Shown here: in pieces, positions 1 through 8,572 of the stretch
Layout: every line of letters begins with the position of its first letter
How positions within the stretch are numbered: position 1 is the stretch's first letter
Virus record (IMG/VR): IMGVR_UViG_3300042922_000323
Location: 1-60,976 of that record
Source of the DNA: a virus
Taxonomy: Duplodnaviria > Heunggongvirae > Uroviricota > Caudoviricetes
Length of the DNA: 60,976 nt
Direction: 5' to 3' (one strand)
Translations under genes and position numbers: made by a program
Notes under the pieces: generated by a model
Database searches by the model: none
Told to the model about the DNA's origin: nothing
What the model saw: only the letters and a program-made list of their open reading frames with translations

Positions 1-59
1 TTGGTAGTTGGGTTTCTCACCTTTGCTACCACACAGAACTTATAAGAGATGCGTCAGCA

Positions 60-329
60 GTGGACGCGCAAAAAATAAAAGTTAAAAAAGTCGGAAGGTT
101 GGCAGATTGTACATTATGGCTTGGGGTATGCCCTGTATGTTCTAAGTACGTAATCGGTGTACAAAAGGCTGAACCTTATGTATCTAAGAAATCCGCAGGA
201 ATGTTACTACATAGAGACTTGTCCCACTATGAAGCTGTTCGTAAAAAAGCGGATTATGAAGCAAGCGGACGTAGAGTAAGATGTGTCCGTGCTACAGACG
301 GGTCATATAAATTATATCTTATTGAATAG
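60..329 (+). CDS. hypothetical protein (CxxC)
   Basis: ORF track, 89 aa, CPVC motif. Confidence 0.6.
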   Translation: MDAQKIKVKKVGRLADCTLWLGVCPVCSKYVIGVQKAEPYVSKKSAGMLLHRDLSHYEAVRKKADYEASGRRVRCVRATDGSYKLYLIE

Positions 330-348
330 TGTGAGGAGGTAAAGTAAA

Positions 349-774
349 ATGGTTGATATTAGGGAATCACTTAAAAAAATAATTACTGAATGTGGCGGGG
401 TTAAGATTATTGACAAAGGTAATGACAACGCTTTCTCAGTGCTCTTCGGCGTAGGTGCTTGTAACAAAAAGCCTGTAGCTGATGATGATTCGTTCGGAAA
501 GCATGTGCTACTTGAAAGATTCTACAAAAAAGGTAAAGAATCAGATGCAAAGGCTAAGCTGTACCCTATGCCATCAGAAAGATATGAGAGTGCTTATTTA
601 CACTACTCTAAGACAGCTAAATCAATGTTAGAGTTCTTCTACAGAAACGGTTATCATGATGCGTTTGGTGTGAGTGATGGTCTGGTAAGCCCTAGACTGG
701 CAATAGTCGAAACTGATGACTATTATGACCTGTACGCCTACTATGCATACATTTCTAAGGAGGGGATAGCATGA
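349..774 (+). CDS. hypothetical protein
   Basis: 141 aa, RBS GAGGAGG, stop overlaps next start. Confidence 0.7.
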   Translation: MVDIRESLKKIITECGGVKIIDKGNDNAFSVLFGVGACNKKPVADDDSFGKHVLLERFYKKGKESDAKAKLYPMPSERYESAYLHYSKTAKSMLEFFYRNGYHDAFGVSDGLVSPRLAIVETDDYYDLYAYYAYISKEGIA

Positions 775-1196
775 GTAGCTGCGTGATTAGAAATAAAAGG
801 TGTTTTGGTGATTTCAAAGATGATAGAGTCTGCGATATGTGTGAACTTGTTAGACCAGAAGCATATGTAGGGTGCAAAGAACTCCATGAAGTGGCAAAGA
901 AAATGGACACATTCCTGGCAAGTGTAGAGAGCCAGTGTCCACATAGAGTTCTAGGTAAGATAGGTAATGAATCTTACTGCAATTGTACCCTTAACAATAA
1001 AAATACAGGTAAACTTGGGGTCACCTGTGATTCAGCTTTGAAGTGCTATAAATATAGTCGCTTTAAAGGAAAACTTGAAAAGGTAATCTGCCCGACATGT
1101 AAACAAGTGGCTGTTTGGAATCCAGAAGGCAGGAATTTTGTATGCCCTGAGTGTGGGTTTGAAAGTAAGAACTTTAAAGTACTTAATCAGGATTAG
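771..1196 (+). CDS. Cys-rich protein with C-terminal zinc ribbon
   Basis: CxxC pairs (CDMC, CPTC...CPEC); RBS GGAGGG. Confidence 0.7.
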   Translation: MSSCVIRNKRCFGDFKDDRVCDMCELVRPEAYVGCKELHEVAKKMDTFLASVESQCPHRVLGKIGNESYCNCTLNNKNTGKLGVTCDSALKCYKYSRFKGKLEKVICPTCKQVAVWNPEGRNFVCPECGFESKNFKVLNQD

Positions 1197-1210
1197 GGGG
1201 GTGAGGTACA

Positions 1211-1681
1211 ATGCCAAGTGCGTCACGAGCACCGTTACCAAACGAATCATTTTATGAGTATACACAGAGAATGAATAGGACATCAAGAACACCTGTAGGT
1301 ATGGTAAGTAATGTTCAGATATTTTCAATAGACCCTGAAACTAATACACACATACCGTTAGGTTCAGTGGAGAAAGGATTTATGACTATGGGTTACTTTG
1401 ATGAAATGCCAGAGGAAGAAGAGCCGTCAGGAGATATACCTATACATCTTCGTGATTCTGACCCGTTCCCGCCATCTGTGGCTAAAATAACACAAGGTTT
1501 CGGAACTAGACAGCGTGAATTTAAAGAAGGTTATAAGGTAGAAATAGTACAAACATTCTATGACCCGACTAAGGAGGATAAACGCTCTATTGTAATCCGT
1601 GTAATAGATGAACGAGCACCTGACAACGTCAAAGGAGCAGTGGCTTGTGTATCTTCTCACAGATTAAAGTTGGTAGGGTGA
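1211..1681 (+). CDS. hypothetical protein
   Basis: 156 aa, RBS GAGG. Confidence 0.65.
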   Translation: MPSASRAPLPNESFYEYTQRMNRTSRTPVGMVSNVQIFSIDPETNTHIPLGSVEKGFMTMGYFDEMPEEEEPSGDIPIHLRDSDPFPPSVAKITQGFGTRQREFKEGYKVEIVQTFYDPTKEDKRSIVIRVIDERAPDNVKGAVACVSSHRLKLVG

Positions 1682-1686
1682 TAATT

Positions 1687-1875
1687 ATGAGAGCCACAGG
1701 AATTGTAAGAAGGGTTGAGGATATGGGTAGGATAGTTATACCAAGAATGATAAGAGAGCAACTAGATATAAACGAAGGAGACCCTATGGAGTTGTTTATT
1801 GAAGGAAATAGTGTTATATTTAAGAAGTACAATTCCTCGGAACTGTCCCCTCCGTCTGCTGATGAGTATGAATAA
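1687..1875 (+). CDS. abrB: AbrB/SpoVT-family transition-state regulator
   Basis: MRATGIVRRVEDMGRIVIP..IREQLDINEGDPMELFIEG matches the AbrB N-domain; start moved to ATG 1687. Confidence 0.9.
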   Translation: MRATGIVRRVEDMGRIVIPRMIREQLDINEGDPMELFIEGNSVIFKKYNSSELSPPSADEYE

Positions 1876-1920
1876 CTTATCAGGGAGTAATGCTCTAGGA
1901 TAAGAAAGGGTGGAAACTAA

Positions 1921-2091
1921 GTGGAAAGTCAGGATAGATTAATTATATGCCCATGCTGTAAAAAAGAATTCTGTGTGGATTCCGATGGACTTTGGCTTTG
2001 CCCTTTTTGTGAGGGGGCTGTGGAAGTAAACCAAGAAAACATAATCGACCATTTTAAAAAACTTAGGGAAGAATTAGGAAAGGAACTTTAA
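1921..2091 (+). CDS. small zinc-ribbon protein (56 aa, not in ORF track)
   Basis: Own translation VESQDRLIICPCCKKEFCVDSDGLWLCPFCEG...; RBS AAAGGGTGG. Confidence 0.65.
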   Translation: MESQDRLIICPCCKKEFCVDSDGLWLCPFCEGAVEVNQENIIDHFKKLREELGKEL

Positions 2092-2112
2092 AGAGTCCAT
2101 TATTATGTTTAT

Positions 2113-2141
2113 TTGACTTTTTATAGGGTATACTATATAAT
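2113..2141 (+). promoter_or_regulatory. SigA-type promoter of putative antitoxin sRNA
   Basis: TTGACT-N17-TATAAT with no downstream plus-strand ORF before the terminator. Confidence 0.8.
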
Positions 2142-2147
2142 GTAAAT

Positions 2148-2235
2148 AAATTAATTAAACTTTTGTGTTGACATGTTTGCCACTATGTCACAATAAAAAC
2201 CCTTGAGAGATTCTAGTCCACTCAAGGGTTTTTTG
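2148..2235 (+). ncRNA. putative antisense antitoxin sRNA (~88 nt)
   Basis: Promoter plus terminator, no ORF; three segments (2158-2166, 2175-2183, 2185-2191) identical to + strand over the start region of the opposite peptide gene. Confidence 0.65.
2195..2235. terminator. bidirectional intrinsic terminator
   Basis: AAAAACCCTTGAG-loop-CTCAAGGGTTTTTT. Confidence 0.85.
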
Positions 2236-2240
2236 ATTGG

Positions 2241-2363
2241 TTAAAGCTTTTTCATCAGTTCAACAAGTAAATAAATAATCGCTGTTACCAGTGGAACTAG
2301 ACTTTTCCAATCACGTTGCTTTGGTGCTTTTAAATTTTTTAACTTTTGTTTTCCGTTTGCCAC
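2241..2363 (-). CDS. 40-aa basic/hydrophobic peptide, candidate type I toxin (not in ORF track)
   Basis: MANGKQKLKNLKAPKQRDWKSLVPLVTAIIYLLVELMKKL; RBS AAGGAGGTGA 7 nt before GTG. Confidence 0.8.
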   Translation of the reverse strand: MANGKQKLKNLKAPKQRDWKSLVPLVTAIIYLLVELMKKL

Positions 2364-2416
2364 AAAAATGTCACCTCCTTCCAGTTAAGAAGGCAGACAC
2401 ACCAAGCAACATAAAT

Positions 2417-2445
2417 ATTATACCATATTTTGGTTTTACTGTATA
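2417..2445 (-). promoter_or_regulatory. SigA-type promoter of the peptide gene
   Basis: TATACA-N17-TATAAT with extended -10 TG. Confidence 0.7.
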
Positions 2446-2511
2446 TGAGTTAGTACAAGATTATGGTAGCTGATACTGCATGAGGTTGAAGCCACCAATA
2501 CGTAAGAAGGG

Positions 2512-2934
2512 GTGATTACCCTGACACTATTTGCAGTACAAATTAATTTCTCTTATGGTTCGCAGACAATATACTTCGTTGCCGGTGATAAGGAGGAAGC
2601 TCTAAAACGAGCAAAATTGCTAAAGTTTAACCCCTTCCACCCTCTAGGCTTTGAAGTAAAGCCCTTGGATTTTGTTGACGGACATTGGATAACCTGCAAG
2701 TCAGAGTTTGATATTAATGTCAATCGGCTAATCCTTACAGAGCTTTTTGATTCTCCCAACCATGAGTACTACTACAATAACGGTATATCTTACGATAGCT
2801 TACACGAGATAATCCAAAATAAGCTACCAACCATACTAACCTATGACCAGTTTGAGGAGGGTTTGTCTAACAACCCAAGAATATTCTGGAATAGAAACAG
2901 AGGGATGATATACCCTGACCCAGGAGGTTGTTAA
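2512..2934 (+). CDS. hypothetical protein
   Basis: 140 aa, RBS AAGGGG. Confidence 0.6.
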   Translation: MITLTLFAVQINFSYGSQTIYFVAGDKEEALKRAKLLKFNPFHPLGFEVKPLDFVDGHWITCKSEFDINVNRLILTELFDSPNHEYYYNNGISYDSLHEIIQNKLPTILTYDQFEEGLSNNPRIFWNRNRGMIYPDPGGC

Positions 2935-3231
2935 ATGGCAAGAGTGAAGAGAGTGAAGGCTAGAGTCTTCACAATCCATTGTGAAAGGAATGATGCTTAT
3001 GAACACGAGCTAGAAACAAGATTTGTAGCCCATAAGTACCACGGGTTTGATTTTTTCGTGCCTGTTGAACTTGATACGCAGACCGTAACCACACATATAA
3101 TGGGTTGTTTGAAAAAATGCGGGTTGCCACTCATAAGCATAGACTGCTCAAAATTCTTTAAGCCCTTATCAAACAATGCCTGGGGGCTTGCTGAAATAGA
3201 GCATAGCATTGAATTAGGTTACCATAGGTAG
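2935..3231 (+). CDS. hypothetical protein
   Basis: 98 aa, RBS GGAGG, abuts previous stop. Confidence 0.6.
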   Translation: MARVKRVKARVFTIHCERNDAYEHELETRFVAHKYHGFDFFVPVELDTQTVTTHIMGCLKKCGLPLISIDCSKFFKPLSNNAWGLAEIEHSIELGYHR

Positions 3232-3239
3232 GTGATATT

Positions 3240-3572
3240 ATGTCGGAAATGAGTAGGGAGGAAGAACTTCTTGTAATAATTGAGCGGAGAAGAAGACAAC
3301 TTCTAGTACATTCGTGTATTTATTATCACATGGATAGAAACCTTATTAGCGATAAACAGTGGGATATGTGGGCTTACGAATTGGCAGAGTTGCAAGCTAC
3401 TTACCTCGAACTGGCTAAGAAAGGTGTATTCGCAGAAGCATTTGAAGGATTTGATGGTACTACAGGTTTTGACTTACCAATCACTGACCCGTGGGTTGTG
3501 CGGAAAGCTACATACCTATTGAGTATAAGCAAAGGTAAACCTAAAAACCTAAAGAAAGGGGAGAACACATGA
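3240..3572 (+). CDS. stand-alone NAD-dependent ligase domain Ia-like protein
   Basis: H..IYY..D..LISD.QWD....EL..LQ resembles LigA subdomain Ia (YY..D.P.ISD.EYD.L..EL..LE). Confidence 0.65.
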   Translation: MSEMSREEELLVIIERRRRQLLVHSCIYYHMDRNLISDKQWDMWAYELAELQATYLELAKKGVFAEAFEGFDGTTGFDLPITDPWVVRKATYLLSISKGKPKNLKKGENT

Positions 3573-3823
3573 TAAGACAGATGAAAGAGTTTTCGACCAA
3601 TGACGATGTTCATGGGGAGATAATATCGGTTGATACCTTTATGTACGTTCTCAGAGAGGAGTTCCATAAGTTCGGGATTATAGTTGAGCGAGATGAACTG
3701 CCAGGTAAAGAATATTTGCCTACGGATGAAGCTATAATGATGGCGGCTGACATATTGCAAAGTTCCGCCCTGGTACGGATGAATAAGCATGGGCTTGCGG
3801 CTATGCTTGTTAATCACGCATAG
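3569..3823 (+). CDS. hypothetical protein
   Basis: 84 aa, RBS, coupled start. Confidence 0.6.
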   Translation: MIRQMKEFSTNDDVHGEIISVDTFMYVLREEFHKFGIIVERDELPGKEYLPTDEAIMMAADILQSSALVRMNKHGLAAMLVNHA

Positions 3824-3833
3824 GAGGGGTTCT

Positions 3834-4004
3834 ATGGCAAAGGTTGATTGCGCCTACTATGTCTGGTACAACGGAGACAAAATTCTCACAGACCGTTTCT
3901 GTGAGCAATGCCCTGAATATGACCGTTGTTCAGGGTTTCTCGAAGAAATTGAAATGAAACGGTTATTATTAGAGGATGGTTGGAAACTTCAACCTATCTC
4001 TTAA
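3834..4004 (+). CDS. small Cys-containing hypothetical protein
   Basis: MAKVDCAYY..FCEQCPEYDRC; RBS AGGAGG, start moved to 3834. Confidence 0.6.
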   Translation: MAKVDCAYYVWYNGDKILTDRFCEQCPEYDRCSGFLEEIEMKRLLLEDGWKLQPIS

Positions 4005-4030
4005 CTTTCAATGCCCCGTTCCGTATAAGT
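4001..4030 (+). promoter_or_regulatory. phage-specific (middle) promoter motif
   Basis: TTAACT-N15-CGTATAAGT. Confidence 0.8.
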
Positions 4031-4064
4031 ATTACGTAAGACAGAGAGGAGTTAACTACGAATC

Positions 4065-4093
4065 TTGACATCTTTCACGATGCCATGTATTAT
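4065..4093 (+). promoter_or_regulatory. SigA-type promoter
   Basis: TTGACA-N17-TATTAT. Confidence 0.65.
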
Positions 4094-4118
4094 TTTAAAT
4101 ACAGAACGGGGGTATAAT

Positions 4119-4532
4119 ATGCAATATTTACCACTCTTTGTCTACGGAACACTTAGACGGGGTTTCGGAAATTATAATAACTACCTTAGAGGTAAGGTTG
4201 CTGATATTGTTCCAGGCACAATAAAAGGAGAAATGTTCGACGTAGGGGCTTTCCCTGCTGTGGTTTGTGGAGAATACACAGTTGTCGGAGAACTGATGTA
4301 TATTGATCTCGCTGACTATGTGGACACTATGAAAAACTGTGATATACTTGAAGGTTATAACCCTGATGCCGACTTCAATATGTATGAACGGCAGATTATA
4401 GAGGTGAACACAGAAGATGGTATAAAACACGCATGGGTCTACATTTGGGAAATGACCCCTCCAAGTAACTATCGAAAGGTAGCAAATGGAGACTGGGCAG
4501 CATACTACCGTAATAGACAGTATGTTGGTTAG
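4119..4532 (+). CDS. gamma-glutamylcyclotransferase (GGCT/AIG2-like)
   Basis: LFVYGTLRRG, V.GELM, D.LEGY, MYER, AWVY motifs. Confidence 0.9.
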   Translation: MQYLPLFVYGTLRRGFGNYNNYLRGKVADIVPGTIKGEMFDVGAFPAVVCGEYTVVGELMYIDLADYVDTMKNCDILEGYNPDADFNMYERQIIEVNTEDGIKHAWVYIWEMTPPSNYRKVANGDWAAYYRNRQYVG

Positions 4533-4564
4533 ATATATGTGTGGGAGACTATGGAGGATGAAAT

Positions 4565-4831
4565 ATGTATACTGAAAAACAAGTCCAAGCTGTCGCACAT
4601 GAACTCCGAGACAGATTTATTAAGCTAAGTGTTAAGGACTATGAGATAGTAATTACCCTGCTATCAATGGAGAAGGCGGGTAAAATCACAGCAGACAATA
4701 TAGCACAAATTTTACTTTACGTCTACTTTGGAAACAAAGGCGGAGTGCTAAAAGCATTGGAGAGAGCAAAACCGCTAGTAAGTGACGCTCTAATTGATGC
4801 GGTTATAGCCGAAGTCAAGGGTAAAGATTGA
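4565..4831 (+). CDS. hypothetical protein
   Basis: 88 aa, RBS GGAGG. Confidence 0.65.
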   Translation: MYTEKQVQAVAHELRDRFIKLSVKDYEIVITLLSMEKAGKITADNIAQILLYVYFGNKGGVLKALERAKPLVSDALIDAVIAEVKGKD

Positions 4832-4934
4832 GAAGAGAAGAGCTGAGACTAGATGAACTTTATGGGTGAACCCACGTTCAAAGCACCTTAACGGCGATTA
4901 AGAATATCTATTACCATTTAAGGAGGTATGATGA

Positions 4935-6797
4935 TTGGTAAACGCCGAAAAAGTTGTCACACCCAATGGGAAACAGTGGATTAAGGTTAGCCTGACCCCA
5001 CACCCCATTGTAATTGACGCTATGAGCAAAGTTAAGGGTGCTTTGTTTAACACCAAGACCAATTTTTGGGCTGTACCATATGAGTATGTCAACGATTTTG
5101 TTAGCAAGATGGCTGACTACCTTATTGTATGGAAAGGTGAAGACGAACCGCTGATTTACACACAAGGGATTACGGAAGATGATATTCCCTCCTCCCCTGT
5201 AGTGCCAGGTTACACTGTCCAATATGACAGTGAAGGTAATATCACAGGTTCAACAGGTTTTAAGACCACCCCGTGGGGCGAGTTCCAGGTCAAGGGCTTT
5301 AACTTGATGGTTAGTAGAGACTTCTTAATCCTAGCTGATGATGCGGGTCTTGGAAAGAGTTGGCAGGTTGCCAATGCAATGGAAGCAAAAAAGAGACTAG
5401 GAGCTGTTAAGCGAGGTGTTGTAGTATGCAAAGCTTCACTGCTATTTAACTGGCGTGATGAAATACATATGCATACCCACCAAAAGGCTGTTGTAGTCGC
5501 AGGTTCTCAAACACAACGAAATGCCGCATATAATCAACTGACTTACTCAGATGATTGGACGTTTATTGTTGTGTCCTATGAAACTTTCCGTTCTGACATA
5601 AATAACTTCCAACTACTTGACAATATGAAACCGCTAGATTTTTGTATTCTGGACGAAGCACATAAGATAAAGAACCCGCAGAGCAAGATAGGGGCTTATA
5701 TCCACAGAATACCTTTTAGGTGCAGATACGTTCTTACAGCTACACCGTTGCCTAATAGTCCCCTTGAATCGTACAATTATTTGTACTGGGGCAATGTAAT
5801 ACAGTCCAACTGGTGGAGTTTTAGGAACAGATATGCTATTATGGGCGGGTACAACAAAAGAGAGATTATAGCCTACCAGAACATTAGAGAGCTACGCTCT
5901 TGGATTCAATACAACATGCTTAGACGACTCAAAAAGGACAAGCTTAAAGAGTTGCCTGATGTTGCTTTCAAGAGAGTAACAATACCCATGTCGGCTAAAC
6001 AAGCTTATTATTATAAGGCTGTTAAGCAGGAGATTATGGAAGACTTGAAAGACACTTCACTTGAACGTGTTCCGACTGCTCTTACTAAGTTGCTGAGACT
6101 ACAACAGGTTACTGACTCACCTGAGTTAATCGGTGTTGAGGATGGAAAGCCCGCCAAGATTACAGCATTAGAAGAAATGTTGGAAAACATAATAGATGAA
6201 AGTGGAAATAAGGTTATAGTGTTCTCTAGGTTTAGGGGAATGGTTGAACTTATTACAAAGAAATTTGAGAAGTACAACCCCGCAATTATTCATGGTGATG
6301 TAGATGCTAACGGTATGTCTATTCTATCGGCTTCAAAGGTACTGCGAGACCGATTGGGTGCTGATAAATGGGCACTCCTTACTCAGGAAGAGCGAGAGAA
6401 GTTACTAGAAGAAGCAATGACTTCCGAGAGACAGCGGGAGGTCTACAAATTCCAAAATGATGACACATGTAAACTCTTTATTGGGTGTACCCCTGCATGT
6501 AGAGAAGGACTTACACTAACCGCCGCCACCCACGTAATCTTTTTAGATTGCGAGTGGTCGCCCGCTTATGTGGAACAAGCTTACAGCCGTGCCCATCGTA
6601 TTGGTCAAAAAGACGCTGTAACTGTGTATTACTTGGTATGCGAAAATACCATAGATGAATATGTTCAAGATGTCCTTGAAAGAAAGGACGAAATGGCTCA
6701 AACAATGCTTGATAATGGTGTAAAAGCCTTTGGAGAGCAGAGAGCTAGAAATTTAATAGCACAGATGATTGGTATGGCATTGGAGGAGGTCGCATAG
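4935..6797 (+). CDS. SNF2-family (SF2) helicase/ATPase
   Basis: LADDAGLGKS (I), LDEAHKIKN (II), LTATP (III), QAYSRAHRIGQ (VI). Confidence 0.95.
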   Translation: MVNAEKVVTPNGKQWIKVSLTPHPIVIDAMSKVKGALFNTKTNFWAVPYEYVNDFVSKMADYLIVWKGEDEPLIYTQGITEDDIPSSPVVPGYTVQYDSEGNITGSTGFKTTPWGEFQVKGFNLMVSRDFLILADDAGLGKSWQVANAMEAKKRLGAVKRGVVVCKASLLFNWRDEIHMHTHQKAVVVAGSQTQRNAAYNQLTYSDDWTFIVVSYETFRSDINNFQLLDNMKPLDFCILDEAHKIKNPQSKIGAYIHRIPFRCRYVLTATPLPNSPLESYNYLYWGNVIQSNWWSFRNRYAIMGGYNKREIIAYQNIRELRSWIQYNMLRRLKKDKLKELPDVAFKRVTIPMSAKQAYYYKAVKQEIMEDLKDTSLERVPTALTKLLRLQQVTDSPELIGVEDGKPAKITALEEMLENIIDESGNKVIVFSRFRGMVELITKKFEKYNPAIIHGDVDANGMSILSASKVLRDRLGADKWALLTQEEREKLLEEAMTSERQREVYKFQNDDTCKLFIGCTPACREGLTLTAATHVIFLDCEWSPAYVEQAYSRAHRIGQKDAVTVYYLVCENTIDEYVQDVLERKDEMAQTMLDNGVKAFGEQRARNLIAQMIGMALEEVA

Positions 6798-6808
6798 ACC
6801 TCCTTTTT
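6784..6808 (+). terminator. intrinsic terminator
   Basis: AGGAGGTC-GCATA-GACCTCCT then TTTT. Confidence 0.7.
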
Positions 6809-6896
6809 AATGCTATCAGGAGGTGGAATAGTATTAAGATATTAAATGAGATATGGGAGCACATGCCAAAAGAGCACAAAGGGGGAAATAACACTA

Positions 6897-7334
6897 ATGC
6901 AATGGAATAAAATGACACGAGACCACCAACACATAAGACACCTTGGGGGTAGAACTTTTGAGGTAATTGATATTCAACAAGGACTAACTCGTAATAATGA
7001 CGAAGTGTATTTCTTGACGGATATTCAATATGACCTTGATAGCTACTCCACAGACTGTCTATTCGACTACGTCAGACTTTTCGGGTATTCTTCACTGGAA
7101 GATTTAAAGGAACAGCACCACGACGACCCTGACATGTACATTGTGGAAGCTATAGCAACAGTTACAGCAAGCTTTAATAGGGACTCTGACCCTGGTTTTG
7201 ACTCCATTGATGAAGCCGTAGACCACATGAGCAGAAGATGGTTGGGTAAAGCTAAGAAGATAAAACGTGAGACAACACTCTCAGATATGTTTTCTTCTTC
7301 GGTACAACCATCTTGGATGGTTGAATCCGATTAA
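6897..7334 (+). CDS. hypothetical protein
   Basis: RBS AGGGGG before ATG 6897. Confidence 0.65.
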   Translation: MQWNKMTRDHQHIRHLGGRTFEVIDIQQGLTRNNDEVYFLTDIQYDLDSYSTDCLFDYVRLFGYSSLEDLKEQHHDDPDMYIVEAIATVTASFNRDSDPGFDSIDEAVDHMSRRWLGKAKKIKRETTLSDMFSSSVQPSWMVESD

Positions 7335-7338
7335 TAAT

Positions 7339-7368
7339 TTAACTATTGGTTAATCACTTCGTATAAGT
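7339..7368 (+). promoter_or_regulatory. phage-specific (middle) promoter motif
   Basis: TTAACT-N15-CGTATAAGT. Confidence 0.8.
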
Positions 7369-7389
7369 ATATCGGAAGGGGTGATTAAC

Positions 7390-7833
7390 ATGAGTTTAGC
7401 GGATTACGCAAACAACAAAGAAGTAGTTAAAGCCATAGATGTTTTCGACGAGACAAAGGATATTGACAAAGAACTCGTTGAACAGTACTACGAGATTAAC
7501 GAGAGGAAGAAGGCTGACGAGAAATGGTTAAAAGCAAACAAACCTGCTATCGAGAAAGCTCTCGATCTCCTTAACAGGGACAAACTAGATGTGGGCAGTC
7601 TACGTGTGTCTGTAGCAGTACCTGATACCTCCCATTTTGATATGGACAAAGTGCTTGAATACCTTATAACCAGTGATGTTGAATGTACAAAAGTGGTTGT
7701 AGATGAACAGGCACTTGAAAAAGCCCTTGAAGATGGGCTTATTGATATTGATAAGTTGAAAGAAGTTGCATGGGTTGAGTCAAAGGGTACTCCTAGATTA
7801 ACTATAAACAAGGTGAAGTCTAGTGAGATTTAA
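7390..7833 (+). CDS. hypothetical protein (N-terminal coiled coil)
   Basis: RBS GGAAGGG; first gene after the motif. Confidence 0.7.
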   Translation: MSLADYANNKEVVKAIDVFDETKDIDKELVEQYYEINERKKADEKWLKANKPAIEKALDLLNRDKLDVGSLRVSVAVPDTSHFDMDKVLEYLITSDVECTKVVVDEQALEKALEDGLIDIDKLKEVAWVESKGTPRLTINKVKSSEI

Positions 7834-8116
7834 TATTGGTGACTGGGTGGTTATCCACCCTCGTTACTCCCTTAGATTTGCCCTACGTCTTGGGAGGATA
7901 ATTGATATTGCTGAGTCAGACGATGCTCTGCCATTTAAAATAGCTTTTCATAAGGAAGGTAGTTTGTACGGCTTTTCTTATCAAGAGTTAATAAGTAAAA
8001 CAGAATTTGAACGTGAAGTTATAAAGCCTGTTTCCTGTTACTATTGTGGTAAGGATATAACAGGGCAGTTTTCACTCTACTGTGAAGAGTGTGAATATCC
8101 TATTGAGGGGGAATAG
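7823..8116 (+). CDS. hypothetical protein, SH3/KOW-like N-part and CxxC pairs
   Basis: FNIGDWVVI..LGRII; CYYC..CEEC. Confidence 0.6.
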   Translation: MRFNIGDWVVIHPRYSLRFALRLGRIIDIAESDDALPFKIAFHKEGSLYGFSYQELISKTEFEREVIKPVSCYYCGKDITGQFSLYCEECEYPIEGE

Positions 8117-8117
8117 T

Positions 8118-8387
8118 ATGCCATACGAGAGTGAAAGAGCTAGGAGAGATCGCACCACAGTCGATGAACAGCTTAAAATTGCTTATGAATATTTACTAGC
8201 CTGTATAATGGCAAATGGCGGTTCTATTACTATTAGTGATTTGACAATGAGAAAACTATTGCGTGGAAACGTGCAAATTTGTGCAGAAGAAGACGTATAT
8301 AGTCATTCCACTCGATTGTTTTTAACAGGGCACGAAGGTATAAAAGCAGAGGAGAACTCGTATGAGAGACAAATACTCAACGAATAG
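8118..8387 (+). CDS. hypothetical protein
   Basis: RBS GAGGGGG. Confidence 0.6.
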   Translation: MPYESERARRDRTTVDEQLKIAYEYLLACIMANGGSITISDLTMRKLLRGNVQICAEEDVYSHSTRLFLTGHEGIKAEENSYERQILNE

Positions 8388-8556
8388 TCGTGGTACTCCT
8401 GACTCTATACTGATTAAGAAATACATGGATAACAAAATGCGTCGAGACCTGATTGACCCTAAGATTGAGGACGGCACAGCCACCGATGCAGAACGAAAAG
8501 AATATCGTGAATTAGTCCACGAACAACTTGCACTATCAGAAAAGATAGTCCAATAA
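8362..8556 (+). CDS. hypothetical protein
   Basis: 64 aa, RBS GAGGAG. Confidence 0.5.
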   Translation: MRDKYSTNSRGTPDSILIKKYMDNKMRRDLIDPKIEDGTATDAERKEYRELVHEQLALSEKIVQ

Positions 8557-8572
8557 TAAGGGGGAAACCGTA

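Noticed and set aside
2291-2473. 60-aa plus-strand ORF from the ORF track
   Set aside because: No RBS; it overlaps the minus-strand peptide gene, which has a perfect RBS, promoter and terminator.
3401-4598. Long antisense ORFs (3401-3817, 4128-4598) and similar ones elsewhere in the track
   Set aside because: They shadow well-supported genes on the other strand and lack an RBS or recognisable motifs.
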